Source: Bilabrum cf. latius (lineage: Eukaryota). Taken from it: a stretch of 64,000 nt of DNA. Position 1 is the first letter of the stretch. Every line of letters begins with the position of its first letter. A program made the position numbers and the translations under genes. The stretch lies in NCBI GenBank assembly GCA_965178125.1, contig OZ237755.1:620001-684000 (forward strand), read 5' to 3'. Below the pieces are notes generated by a model that was given only the letters and a program-made list of their open reading frames with translations, ran no database searches and was not told where the DNA came from. Shown here piece by piece: positions 20,397 through 30,767 of this stretch.

Positions 20397-23318
20397 ATGT
20401 CAGAATTCAAAGTAACAAAACTATTAAACCTTGAATGGTACAAGAACACAAAAAAATCTAACTGGTCAGGTGCTCAGGATCACGTAATCAAGAATAGAAA
20501 AGATAAAGAAATGGTTATTAAATCATGGACTAAAAAGCACGGTCAAATGTGGACATCATGCAAACCAGAAATGGCGAAGAAACTATTAAACAAAAACCGC
20601 GGAATTTATGAGTACATTATAGATTATCCTTTTAAAGTTTATTTCGATATTGACCATAAAGGAAAAGATGAAACTTTATTAAATACGGTTCTTGATAATA
20701 TTAAATCTAGTTTTCCAAATGCAAAAATTGCAGTTAGTGGATCTATTACAGACGAAAAAACAAGTTATCATATAACACTTAATAATTATGTTATTGAAAA
20801 TGAAGAACAAAGAACCGAATTTTTAGGATGGCTTAAAGATCAAGGCAAACCATACGATCCATGTGTATATAAAAAAAACCAAACTATGAAATGCCCTAAT
20901 CAGTCAAAACAAAATAGAGAAATTCAAAAGATTATTAGTGATGACAATTTAGAACATCATTTAATAAGTTCTTTTATTCCTTCTCATACTGAACCATTCC
21001 CCAAACTTCTTACAAGCAATAAATTAAATGAAATTAAACAAGAAAATCAAAGAAAAGGATTCGATATTTCAAAACTCCCAAAATTAACCCTTAAAATTCC
21101 CAATTCAACCAGCTTAAACCCTGATGCTTTAGAACTTCTTAACTTAGCCCCTCTCAATGAGAATTTTGATCATGGATATACACATTTTGCTTGTCGTTTT
21201 GCTTTCCATAATGATATATGCTTTAATGATTTTTGGAAATGGAACAGTAAAAAGAATAATTCTAATGATCGTATGGCTAAGTGGTTTAAACATTGGGACA
21301 AAATGGAAACGTTCCCCCCTGTATCTATATCAAACTTTCAATTTATGCTTTATAAGTTTTACCCTGATATTTACAAAACTAGAGCATTTAGAAAATTCAA
21401 ACAGATGACAGATATTAAATATGATACATTAACTGAATATTTAACCGTTCAAGATATTGACACATTACATAAATATAGTATATTGGCCCATCCCATGGGT
21501 TGCGGTAAGACGACCAATGTCATAAATTATATTTGTAAGAATAAAAACAAAAATGCAATTTGGATAACTCCACGCCGTGCATTGGCAAGAAACACAGCCC
21601 AAAGATGCGACAATGCAGGACTTGAAATGAAAAATTATTTAGATTACAAAAACAGCAGGGAAAAAATGGAGGAATTACCACAACAACAACAATTAATTAT
21701 TAATACTCAATCTTTGTTTTATCTTCATGATAATGAAGAAGAGGCAAAATATGACATTGTTGTTATTGATGAAATTGAAACAGTTCTTAAATCATGGACA
21801 GCATATACAACATTCAAAGGTAAGAATTTAGAAAAATGTTGGACCACTTTTATTAAAATTCTTAAGTCAGCAAAAAAAGTTATTTTATTGGATGCTTTTA
21901 TTACTGATATTACATTAAACTTTATTGATCGTTTTGATGGTTCAGCTTATAAAAATATTATTGGAGCTAAAAATGCACCAGTTGGACGTAAAATGAAGTT
22001 TTTGACTGAAAGAACACTTTCAGTATGGCTTAAATATATTATTGATGACTTGAAGAATGAAAAGAAATTATTTATTTTTTATCCTTATAAAAAGGATTCT
22101 TCTAAATTTCCATCAATGGAAAAATTAAAGGCAGAACTGGAAAAGAAAACAGAAAAAAAGGGTATTTGTTACCATGGAGACAGTGGTGTCAATGTTAATA
22201 ATACATTAAAAGATGTAAATAAGCATTGGTCAGATTATGATTTTATTTTAACTAATAGTAAAATCACGGTTGGAGTAAATTATGATAAAAAGAAATTCGA
22301 TCGTGTATATTTGGCATTGTCTGGGTTTAGTTCTCCACGTGATGTGATCCAAGCATCTTATAGAATCCGTAATATATCCGACAATGAAGTAATATCAACA
22401 ATTTTAAATTTAAATAAATTTTCAGGAACTGATGAAAGCTATAGAGTCAAAGACAAGAATTTTAAAAAGCTTGTTAATGATTTAATGGTCGAGGATTCCT
22501 CCCCAATTGTTGAAACATTTAAATTATTTTCACATAAAGCACATTATAAATTTATTGATGTTCCTATTCATTTAAATAAAAAAGAAGAAAGAGAATATTT
22601 GAAATACCTTCAAGAGGATGACACATATTACAGCTGGGATTCAATCCCTTGTTTTAACAAAAAATATAAAGAACTTGCAGAAAAGGAAACAAAAAAGAAC
22701 CCATTGGATACTGATATTTTAGATGAAATAGAACAATTAAAAAAAAATGAAATTGAAGCGGTACAATCTAGAATATACGCAGGTTGTGCATCAATGGAAG
22801 ACACGTTGACAATGCAAAAGTATTATTTCCAAAAGGTATTTAATGAAAAAACAACAGTGGAACAAATGGCTAAAGCTTGGGATGGTAAATATAATGAATT
22901 CATTAATAAGTACATTTTTTTTTTCAATATCGAAATCAAAAAAGGAGCTGTTCATTTAAAAGAAACCTCAAAAATGAAGAACATATTAGATCAATTGAAT
23001 CTAAATTTAAATTCAACAGTTGAAAAGATTGAAAAATGCAAATTAACAGACAAACAAAAAGAAGAAATTAATAATTATATTTTGGATAACAACAAATTAA
23101 ATAACTCATCTAGTATTAAATATATTAGTAAACTTATCAATACATTTTTTGGTGGTTATCATATCACTTATAAACAAACCAAAAGCAGAAATGGAGAATA
23201 TAAAAGATCAAATAAATTCAGTCAAATGATTGAATTCTGTCAAGATCATATTTATGACTTTGAAGATGATAATGAAGAAGACGACGGAGTTTTTCATGAA
23301 GATGATTTATTTGAATAA
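20397..23318 (+). CDS. AEP primase fused to an SF2 helicase (herpes UL9/origin-binding-like)
   Basis: YFDID and SYHI primase motifs; PMGCGKTT, IDEIE, LLDA, TVGVNY and QASYRIRN helicase motifs. Confidence 0.85.
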   Translation: MSEFKVTKLLNLEWYKNTKKSNWSGAQDHVIKNRKDKEMVIKSWTKKHGQMWTSCKPEMAKKLLNKNRGIYEYIIDYPFKVYFDIDHKGKDETLLNTVLDNIKSSFPNAKIAVSGSITDEKTSYHITLNNYVIENEEQRTEFLGWLKDQGKPYDPCVYKKNQTMKCPNQSKQNREIQKIISDDNLEHHLISSFIPSHTEPFPKLLTSNKLNEIKQENQRKGFDISKLPKLTLKIPNSTSLNPDALELLNLAPLNENFDHGYTHFACRFAFHNDICFNDFWKWNSKKNNSNDRMAKWFKHWDKMETFPPVSISNFQFMLYKFYPDIYKTRAFRKFKQMTDIKYDTLTEYLTVQDIDTLHKYSILAHPMGCGKTTNVINYICKNKNKNAIWITPRRALARNTAQRCDNAGLEMKNYLDYKNSREKMEELPQQQQLIINTQSLFYLHDNEEEAKYDIVVIDEIETVLKSWTAYTTFKGKNLEKCWTTFIKILKSAKKVILLDAFITDITLNFIDRFDGSAYKNIIGAKNAPVGRKMKFLTERTLSVWLKYIIDDLKNEKKLFIFYPYKKDSSKFPSMEKLKAELEKKTEKKGICYHGDSGVNVNNTLKDVNKHWSDYDFILTNSKITVGVNYDKKKFDRVYLALSGFSSPRDVIQASYRIRNISDNEVISTILNLNKFSGTDESYRVKDKNFKKLVNDLMVEDSSPIVETFKLFSHKAHYKFIDVPIHLNKKEEREYLKYLQEDDTYYSWDSIPCFNKKYKELAEKETKKNPLDTDILDEIEQLKKNEIEAVQSRIYAGCASMEDTLTMQKYYFQKVFNEKTTVEQMAKAWDGKYNEFINKYIFFFNIEIKKGAVHLKETSKMKNILDQLNLNLNSTVEKIEKCKLTDKQKEEINNYILDNNKLNNSSSIKYISKLINTFFGGYHITYKQTKSRNGEYKRSNKFSQMIEFCQDHIYDFEDDNEEDDGVFHEDDLFE

Positions 23319-23435
23319 AAAAAAAGAATATTACAAGAGAACTAATGAAATAATTTAATTAGAAAATACATCATTATTAACAGTTTAAAACGTACTTAAA
23401 CAATATTTTTTATATAAGCATATATTATATAAAGA

Positions 23436-24419
23436 ATGTCTTTTTATGAAAAAATACAAAATCTTGAACCTAAAATGTCTATTTTTGATAAAATACAAAA
23501 AATAAAGCCCAATCTTGCCGAAAAAAGCATAGATGATTATATTAGAATCTATGAAAAAATAGAGAAACAAGATAAACCAATAATTGAATACTTAAAAGAT
23601 GATGTACCACAATCTAACCAATCATCTTTTTTACATAAATATATAACAGTTTGTAAGGCAATAAATAAACATTATGATGAAACATTAAATAAACAATTAA
23701 TTGAATTGAAAAAAAACAACAAATATTATAATAAAAATGCCAAGGAACATATCAAAGGTTTTAAATATTTTGATATTGAAAAGAAATTAAAAGAAATTGA
23801 AGGAGGCAATAATAATAAAATGAATGAATATAGAGCATGGCTTTTATCTCTTTACGCATATATGCCACCTCTTAGAGTCACGGAATGGTTAACAACTAAA
23901 ATATTAGATACTGACAACCACGAAGAAGAAAATAAATTATTGTTAGATGATAAAGAGATCCACATATACGATCATAAAACTAAAAAGTCTAACGGTGTCA
24001 AATATATTAAAGTTCCAGATAGTGTTATTTATTATTGTAAGCATTTTAAAGAAAAATATAAATGTGAATATGTTTTATCTCCATTCAAGAATCCAAATAA
24101 AAAAAATGATCAATCCAGTATAACAAAAATATTAAACAAGATTTTCAAAAAGAAAGTTTCTATTAATGATTTTAGAAATGTATATATTAGTGAGAAAATG
24201 AATAAAGGAACGTTATTTACTAATGATGAAAGAGAAGACTTAGCCCGTGTTATGGGAAATTCACCAAGCACTCAAATGTTAACATACACTAAATATTGTC
24301 AATCTAATAATAATGATAAAAAACCAGAAGATGCTATATTATCTATGATTAATGATAAGTCAAAACAGGAACAAATAAAAATATTATTAAATTGCATGAA
24401 TAAATTGAATTCATCTTAA
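23436..24419 (+). CDS. Tyrosine recombinase-family protein
   Basis: PPLRVTE, HKT, NDFRNVYIS and LARVMGNSPSTQMLTY motifs. Confidence 0.8.
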   Translation: MSFYEKIQNLEPKMSIFDKIQKIKPNLAEKSIDDYIRIYEKIEKQDKPIIEYLKDDVPQSNQSSFLHKYITVCKAINKHYDETLNKQLIELKKNNKYYNKNAKEHIKGFKYFDIEKKLKEIEGGNNNKMNEYRAWLLSLYAYMPPLRVTEWLTTKILDTDNHEEENKLLLDDKEIHIYDHKTKKSNGVKYIKVPDSVIYYCKHFKEKYKCEYVLSPFKNPNKKNDQSSITKILNKIFKKKVSINDFRNVYISEKMNKGTLFTNDEREDLARVMGNSPSTQMLTYTKYCQSNNNDKKPEDAILSMINDKSKQEQIKILLNCMNKLNSS

Positions 24420-25589
24420 ATCAAAGTCAAAGGTTTCAGTTTTTGGATACCATTTCACAGAATATAAACGTTCATAAGTTCTAACCATTTTAGGAACATC
24501 TTCCATTAAATTCTTTCTTGGCTCTATTGTAGGCGTTTTATAACCCTTCCATAGAACATAATAACTAGGTTCGCCATCTCTGTATGTAGGTTTAAGTAAT
24601 TTTGAAATAACCCATTTTTGTTCTTCTTTTTGCTCATTCATTACATATTTAATTTTTTGCAGATCTTCATTATAATATCTACCTTTTAATCCTTTAATTT
24701 TATATGAAGGCACACTATAAGTTTTCTTTGGTTTGTATACTTCTTGAATTTCATATATTTTTTTACTGAAATTTTGACCTCTGTTTAAATTATCCTCAAG
24801 GTTTGCCATTCTTACTTTATCCCCTTTTTTTAATATATGACTTTCATTCACTAATTTATTTTTTGCTTCTTTTCTAGTATTTTTATAAACCTGTTCCCAT
24901 AACTTTTTATTTTTAATAATTTCATTTGGCGTAAATTTAGTTATTCTTGATTTAGAATTATTATAAGCATCTACAAGATCCCAAATAAGATTAACCCAAT
25001 CTTTATTAAGCTGTAAAGACTTATTGATCATGCGTTTTAGAGTACCATTAAAACGTTCAATACCACCGTTTGACTCGGGTGAATAGGGATTACTGAATAC
25101 TTGTTTTATTCCTTCTTTTTTTAACATTTTAGTCATAACCGAATTTTTAAATTCACTCCCATTATCAGATCTAATAATTGATGGTTTTTTATTTAATTGT
25201 CCAATCATTAATTTTAATGCTTTTGATACGGTTTCTTTTTTCTTATTGTTAATAGGAAATGCAAAACCCTCTTTACTAAAAAGGTCTATGCCAGTTAACA
25301 AGTACTTTTTATTATTTTTTTCGATATCTTGGACATTTACTAAATCTACAGCGAACTGCTCGTAAGGTCTTTTTAATACTGTTGCTTGAACTGTTTTCTT
25401 TTGTTTAATTGGTTTGTATAATTGATAATTTTCTTGAGATTTTAACCAGTTCATTATTTGTCGTCTGCTTATATCGTAACCTCTTGATTTAACTAATTCA
25501 TATAATTTATCACGACCAAATAAAAAATGTTCATCATAATATATATTACTTAAAATTTCCCTTTGTTCTTTCGAAAGTGGAGGAGTCAT
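24411..25589 (-). CDS. rve-type (retroviral-like) integrase with C-terminal chromodomain
   Basis: AVDL, IDLFSK, SDNGSEF, NGGIERFNGTLK (DDE); YYVLWKGY..TIEP chromodomain. Confidence 0.95.
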   Translation of the reverse strand: MTPPLSKEQREILSNIYYDEHFLFGRDKLYELVKSRGYDISRRQIMNWLKSQENYQLYKPIKQKKTVQATVLKRPYEQFAVDLVNVQDIEKNNKKYLLTGIDLFSKEGFAFPINNKKKETVSKALKLMIGQLNKKPSIIRSDNGSEFKNSVMTKMLKKEGIKQVFSNPYSPESNGGIERFNGTLKRMINKSLQLNKDWVNLIWDLVDAYNNSKSRITKFTPNEIIKNKKLWEQVYKNTRKEAKNKLVNESHILKKGDKVRMANLEDNLNRGQNFSKKIYEIQEVYKPKKTYSVPSYKIKGLKGRYYNEDLQKIKYVMNEQKEEQKWVISKLLKPTYRDGEPSYYVLWKGYKTPTIEPRKNLMEDVPKMVRTYERLYSVKWYPKTETFDFDLR

Positions 25590-25662
25590 AAATACTAATA
25601 ATTTTAGTTTAGAAATAAATCTAAATTAAAATCTTTTAATTAACACAATAACATTAATTTAT

Positions 25663-27456
25663 TTACATTTGGTCAAGCATTTTTTTAAGTTGGGCTTTGC
25701 TTAGCTTTTTGCCTCCTTTATTTTTACCTGAACCGATATTTAGTAGATCACCCCCTTTCTTTGTGGTTTTCTTACCTTTTCCATAACCAAATCTAGAAAC
25801 AAAATCGCCAATTGCTGAGCCGTCGGCTACCTGAGGGGCAAGACCTGAATTTCTTAGGGTTCTAGATACTGCTTTAACCTCTGGTCTTTGTAATTGACGA
25901 CCAAGCCATGTAAGGCCTGACCAAACGCTGTTTCCTAGGTCTCTAAAGGAGAAACCACCGACAATATGGTTATCTTGAGCGGTATTTTCAGAGTATACAA
26001 CGGGTGCTTTAGATAATACTTCACCAGAAATGAGAGGTCTCATAGATTTATAAGTGCCATTGTCACCTTCATTGAATAAAACAAGATCGTCATAATATGC
26101 TAGAACATTAAGTGTATAATTTCCAGTTACTGGACAATCCAATAGAGTTTTAACTTTCATAGTAAATGTCTCGTTTGCGTGACTAATAAAGGCTTGTTGA
26201 GATGCCGCAGGAATGTCTGAAGGCTTAATAATTAGCACTGAACCAAGCCCGAATATACCATCACCCACTTGTTGCTGGGAAAATTTTGCGTACCTTTCGT
26301 TGTATCCGTTGGACGCTGACATTTCATAAAGTTGGCTTTGCGTGTAGTTACTAAAGATGTCTTCTTTCTGGGCTGTTCCGATAGAAAGGTTTTTAATTGA
26401 TGCGTATTCATCAGGTTGTCCATAACTTAAACCATCGGTTAGTTTTTCTCTTTTAGCATATATGAAAAGTGCAGTAGGTACACTATTAAGTACAAATGTG
26501 CTTGTTTCTATTGTTCTTTGGGTAACAGTACCACCAGATACAATATTTTGAGATTGAGAAACCAACTTAGTTACTTCGGGTGCATTATATACGATTTCTT
26601 CAGGAATGATTGGGTTTAAGCTTGGATTCCATGTGTGCACAAGTAAACTATATTTAGAAGATGTACATTCAACGGTGGTTGTAGCGTCAACTGCTGTTGT
26701 GTCAGCAACTAAAAAGTCACCAACCAAGCCAGTCAATGCCTTAATGTCAAATTGACACTTGAAGTCCTTTAGGTTTCTAAAGGGTACTGGATTAGGGTTA
26801 TGGTATTGGAAAGGTTGAGCTAATATAACCTCTCTATAGATGACTTTTAATGCAACTTTTACAAAACCTGCCTCATCTGCACTAACTTCAACATCTGAGA
26901 AAGTCCAGTTATTCCCGAGCCCGTTAGATGAAACGGTATCAACAGCATTTGCACCCTCACGCAATGAGTTATTAATAAATTTATCTGTGTAGGTAGTCAT
27001 AAATTGACCAGCTGGAGCATCAGACAAACGCATCAATTGAGACAATGGTTGAGAATTTACAAAACACTCTGTTGTTTGTGATGGTCTGGAGCTGAACTCG
27101 TGCCCATTCATTTCTACCTTGGCATTATCAATAAGTCTATTTAATGCGAATTGTCTAATTCCGAATTTACCAAATAACGCTTTATTATTGGCAATCACCT
27201 CGCTATTAATTTTTCTTAATGTCAATGTGAGCTCTGCCTGAAGTTGTGGCACAGATTGCACATTGCCCTTAGGGAAATTATAATTAAATTCAATTGTTCC
27301 TGCTTGACCTTTATCAGGTGAGCCATTACTGGCTGGAATAACACGTCTTATAGACTCAGAATTAGAGGCTCTTGCCCCTAACATCACGTCTTTTGGCTCT
27401 TTAAATTTCTCGTTTGATGGCATCATAACGACCACATCTTTATAGTATTTTGACAT
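25663..27456 (-). CDS. Virophage major capsid protein
   Basis: 597 aa, beta-rich, downstream of the penton-sized gene; VPTALFIY motif; basic C-terminal tail after a diglycine site. Confidence 0.8.
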   Translation of the reverse strand: MSKYYKDVVVMMPSNEKFKEPKDVMLGARASNSESIRRVIPASNGSPDKGQAGTIEFNYNFPKGNVQSVPQLQAELTLTLRKINSEVIANNKALFGKFGIRQFALNRLIDNAKVEMNGHEFSSRPSQTTECFVNSQPLSQLMRLSDAPAGQFMTTYTDKFINNSLREGANAVDTVSSNGLGNNWTFSDVEVSADEAGFVKVALKVIYREVILAQPFQYHNPNPVPFRNLKDFKCQFDIKALTGLVGDFLVADTTAVDATTTVECTSSKYSLLVHTWNPSLNPIIPEEIVYNAPEVTKLVSQSQNIVSGGTVTQRTIETSTFVLNSVPTALFIYAKREKLTDGLSYGQPDEYASIKNLSIGTAQKEDIFSNYTQSQLYEMSASNGYNERYAKFSQQQVGDGIFGLGSVLIIKPSDIPAASQQAFISHANETFTMKVKTLLDCPVTGNYTLNVLAYYDDLVLFNEGDNGTYKSMRPLISGEVLSKAPVVYSENTAQDNHIVGGFSFRDLGNSVWSGLTWLGRQLQRPEVKAVSRTLRNSGLAPQVADGSAIGDFVSRFGYGKGKKTTKKGGDLLNIGSGKNKGGKKLSKAQLKKMLDQM

Positions 27457-27526
27457 AATAAATTAACATTAGAAAAAAATTATTATATTTTTGTCTAATT
27501 GATTATTAAAACTTATATTATTTTTA

Positions 27527-28417
27527 TTATTGTTGTACAAAATATAATTTTATATCAATTTGTGAATTTTTATTTAATGCGATTGGATGACCAACATTAT
27601 TATAGTCAAACCAATAAAAATCTAGATAGAATGAATTAATATTTCTAGACTCTTTAAAATTGTGCCATATATGGTCAGTATCTCTTGCACTATATTTTAT
27701 AAGTGAAACAGACTGATTATTCGACTGTTGGACATCAAAGTCGACTAGAAAACCCGCACTGTCTGAAGATCCAGCGATTGCATCAGATTGGTTAATTGGG
27801 GGAGGTAAAAGTTCGTTTTCAGTTGGTAGATTCGATTTAATTACAATTCTAGAAACAGGGGACATAAGCTCAAGTGTGCTTGTATATTGTGTTTCTCTGT
27901 CTTCTGCCAGTTCAATATAATAAGGAGATGATAAAACAGATTCATAATTAAAAGATGGCATGTAAGTAAATAGATCATTATTAAATCCAATTTTCCAAGC
28001 AGATCTAAAAGCACCAACCGAAACAATTTCAAATTTATTTGTTGATACATTAAATGTCATTATGGGAACATCTGCAATACTTAAAGTTGAACATAAAGAA
28101 CTAAATGTATTTGATATTGCCGAGGCGACATCTCTATAATCATAAATATATCCGTCTTGGTCATCAAATGCCGAAAAATCAACAACCTCAGAAGTTACGA
28201 CACCAGAACTAATATTTTGAAATGATATAGTGGGTTTATTTGCGTTTGGATCAAATAAGGGTAGAAGAATTTTATTCATAATTAAGCGTTCTACTGAAAT
28301 TAACCATCCCGTAGTATCACTTATAATATCTGTTTGTCTATTTACATTTACACGAGCAATTGAAGCTGCCCCATTTGCTCCACTGGATTGTCCAGTTAAA
28401 TAAATATTACGACTCAT
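27527..28417 (-). CDS. Minor capsid (penton) protein
   Basis: 296 aa, adjacent to MCP; ISVERL and SPVSRIVIKSNLP motifs; C-terminal IDIKLYF. Confidence 0.75.
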   Translation of the reverse strand: MSRNIYLTGQSSGANGAASIARVNVNRQTDIISDTTGWLISVERLIMNKILLPLFDPNANKPTISFQNISSGVVTSEVVDFSAFDDQDGYIYDYRDVASAISNTFSSLCSTLSIADVPIMTFNVSTNKFEIVSVGAFRSAWKIGFNNDLFTYMPSFNYESVLSSPYYIELAEDRETQYTSTLELMSPVSRIVIKSNLPTENELLPPPINQSDAIAGSSDSAGFLVDFDVQQSNNQSVSLIKYSARDTDHIWHNFKESRNINSFYLDFYWFDYNNVGHPIALNKNSQIDIKLYFVQQ

Positions 28418-28633
28418 AATATTATATAGTTAGAAAAAATATATAGTTTTTATTTTCGCTTTTTTTTTCTTGTGTATAATTATATAGATACGATATAGGG
28501 ATTTAATCGGCTTGAAGTGTCTATGTCATTTGTTTTTGAGTTGTTCATGTTAGCCAGACATTGTTTTATATATATCTACATACTTTTTAGTGTGTATCTA
28601 TATAACTTTTAATTTTTAACTTTTAAAATAAAA

Positions 28634-29634
28634 CATCACCTTTAATTAATTTATTCTATTTTGCTTATCTATATTACTTTCTATAAAAAGTGCTTCATTC
28701 TACGATTTAAAAAAGTGGTAAAAATACGAATTTACTATTTACCTATAAAGAATAATTCTAAATTCGTATTTTTGCACCTTTTGATTCTTCGAATCAAAAG
28801 AGTGCAAAAGTACGAATTAATAATTATTTAAATGGATATCTCGATAGCGAATAAATGGAAAGCTTGAATTAATCGCCTTAATAGCGAACGAAGTGAGCTT
28901 TCCAATGCATGAAATCAAATTATAGAGCCCTAAAAAGAGCAATAAAATATTTAAATGAATAGTCCCTTAAAAATGCCCATAATAAAATAAAATGCAAAAG
29001 AACCGAAATAATAGCAAACTTTAGTTTGCGAAACAATAAATTGAACAGTAAAAAAAAACTATAAAAAATAAAATTCAATAGAACAATAAATAAATTAAAT
29101 TCTTCGAATTTAATAATTTTCATTCTGACGAATAAAAATAAATTTTGATAAAAATCAATAAATTGATTTATTCTTATTCCGCGAAAATTTCATAAAAAAT
29201 AAAAAAGTAATGCACACAACGAATTATAAATATTTAATATAATACATCAATTTTACAATTTTTAAATAATATTTAATGCACAAAAAAATAGAAATATAAA
29301 AAAAATAGAAAGAAAGAACACGAAAGATCTAAATTTCATATTAATAATTCTTGAATCCATTTCTTAGAGAAAATCATAAAAAAATGAAAAATCATTTTTT
29401 CATGAGTTGGCGAAATTTTTTAAAAATTAAAAAAGTATACCATGCGATCAATAATAAAATATTCTATTATTTTACACAAATAAAAAAAAACATAAATTAA
29501 AATTTTATAAATAAATAAAAATAATAAAAGTGAATATATGAACAAATTAAAAAAGTGAAGCATGCGTGACGTCGGCCGAAAACAAAACAGGAATATACTT
29601 AAGTATATTCCTGTTTTGTTTTCGGCCGACGTCA
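28634..29634. repeat. Right terminal inverted repeat (1001 bp)
   Basis: Reverse complement of 6120-7120. Confidence 0.95.
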
Positions 29635-29646
29635 CTAGCTACTCAC

Positions 29647-30367
29647 GCTAGCCACGCGCTGGGGTTCAGCATCCCGATTGGACTAATCGTTTGTGCGGAC
29701 ATCACGCTGTAGAACAGCATTGCACTCACTGATGCAGTGACGTCATCATCAGAATCATCCACAGCATCATCGTCCTAAACATAGAGGTATGGAAGCAAGA
29801 AGTCGTCCACGTTGGGGTAGAACGAAGGCATGTTGAAGGTCGTGCCCAGCATAGAAGATCTTGACGGTTTTGCCCTACACACGCCCCGAGCACCGAATAG
29901 GTCAGAGGCATTCACTGTTGTGAGATCAAGCCTGCAGTAATCGGTCGCTTTTGCACACATGACGAAGTCGTCTTCGCTCTGCAAGGAGCATGGTTTGCCG
30001 GTACTGGCAAGGCTGGTTGGGTCGGGCACCTGGGAGTTGTTCACGTCGGTGCACGAATTCCTGTCGAATGGAATGCTATACTCCAGTGCTCCACCCCTGC
30101 GTCACAAGCAGGTGGCTGTAAGTGAAGATGGACATGAAGATCCGAGTTCACTTGGGCCATAATCCATGCACTCGCGGGTCGCTGGTGTATATTATCAACA
30201 AAAAAGTAACTTTGAAACGCGCGCAGTCTTTCGCCGACCTTGCCATCACAGTCAAGGCCTCCTGCCAACCGAAAGATATCTCACGAGCCATGCAACGGCT
30301 TCCTTAACGCATACGCAGATGGTGCTGCAATTGATACGAATAGTGTTAGACAAGCCAACATGATCAT
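29647..30367 (-). CDS. 5' exon(s) of the Cys-rich membrane protein whose 3' exon is 4376..5987 (5' structure unresolved)
   Basis: Cys-rich ORF 29775..30044 reads through TAG to a GTGAGT donor at 29646. Signal peptide-like MIMLACLTLFVSIAAPSAYA starts at 30367. Confidence 0.5.
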
Positions 30368-30767
30368 TATTGGAAGGCTACCAGACTGCTCGATCTCTTT
30401 GTAGTGCAACGAGCTTCTGTCCGTGTGTCCGACTGTCCGTCCTCTGCCAGTCTTCCGGTGGACGAATATACCAGAACAAGAAAGCACACCCAACCCATTG
30501 GCGTTTAGCTGCACTGCACTGCAAGCGTCTGCACGCCGTCACCAACGGAACATTCCTTGGATACCTGGCCGAAATGGTGTGATACCATCTTTATGTCTGA
30601 GGAGTTTCCTAACACATTAATACTTCTTGACGGTTCAGCGTGAGTTGTATGGAATTGGTGAAGCCCGGTTTAAATATCATCAAGCACGCAATGACATTTG
30701 ATCCGTACACTTCTGTCGCAGCACGGACCCATTGGAGCTGTGGCATGCAGATTGCTAGTTTTCTGTT

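Larger units (their letters stand above)
6120..29634. mobile_element. Complete endogenous virophage (mavirus/EMALE-like), 23,515 bp (20,903 bp without the nested retrotransposon)
   Basis: Abrupt GC-to-AT shift; 1001-bp TIRs; TG...CA termini; CTAGC duplicated at 6115-6119 and 29635-29639; morphogenesis module (MCP, penton, ATPase, protease) plus rve integrase. Confidence 0.95.

Noticed and set aside
6120-29634. Canonical Polinton/Maverick or bacterial prophage contaminant
   Set aside because: No pPolB; MCP size, penton, protease and TCTA motifs are virophage-like; the TSD shows real integration.
30102-30104. In-frame TGA in a Cys-rich stretch as selenocysteine
   Set aside because: A CAG acceptor lies next to it and the exon structure is unresolved; an intron or mutation is simpler and no SECIS could be identified.
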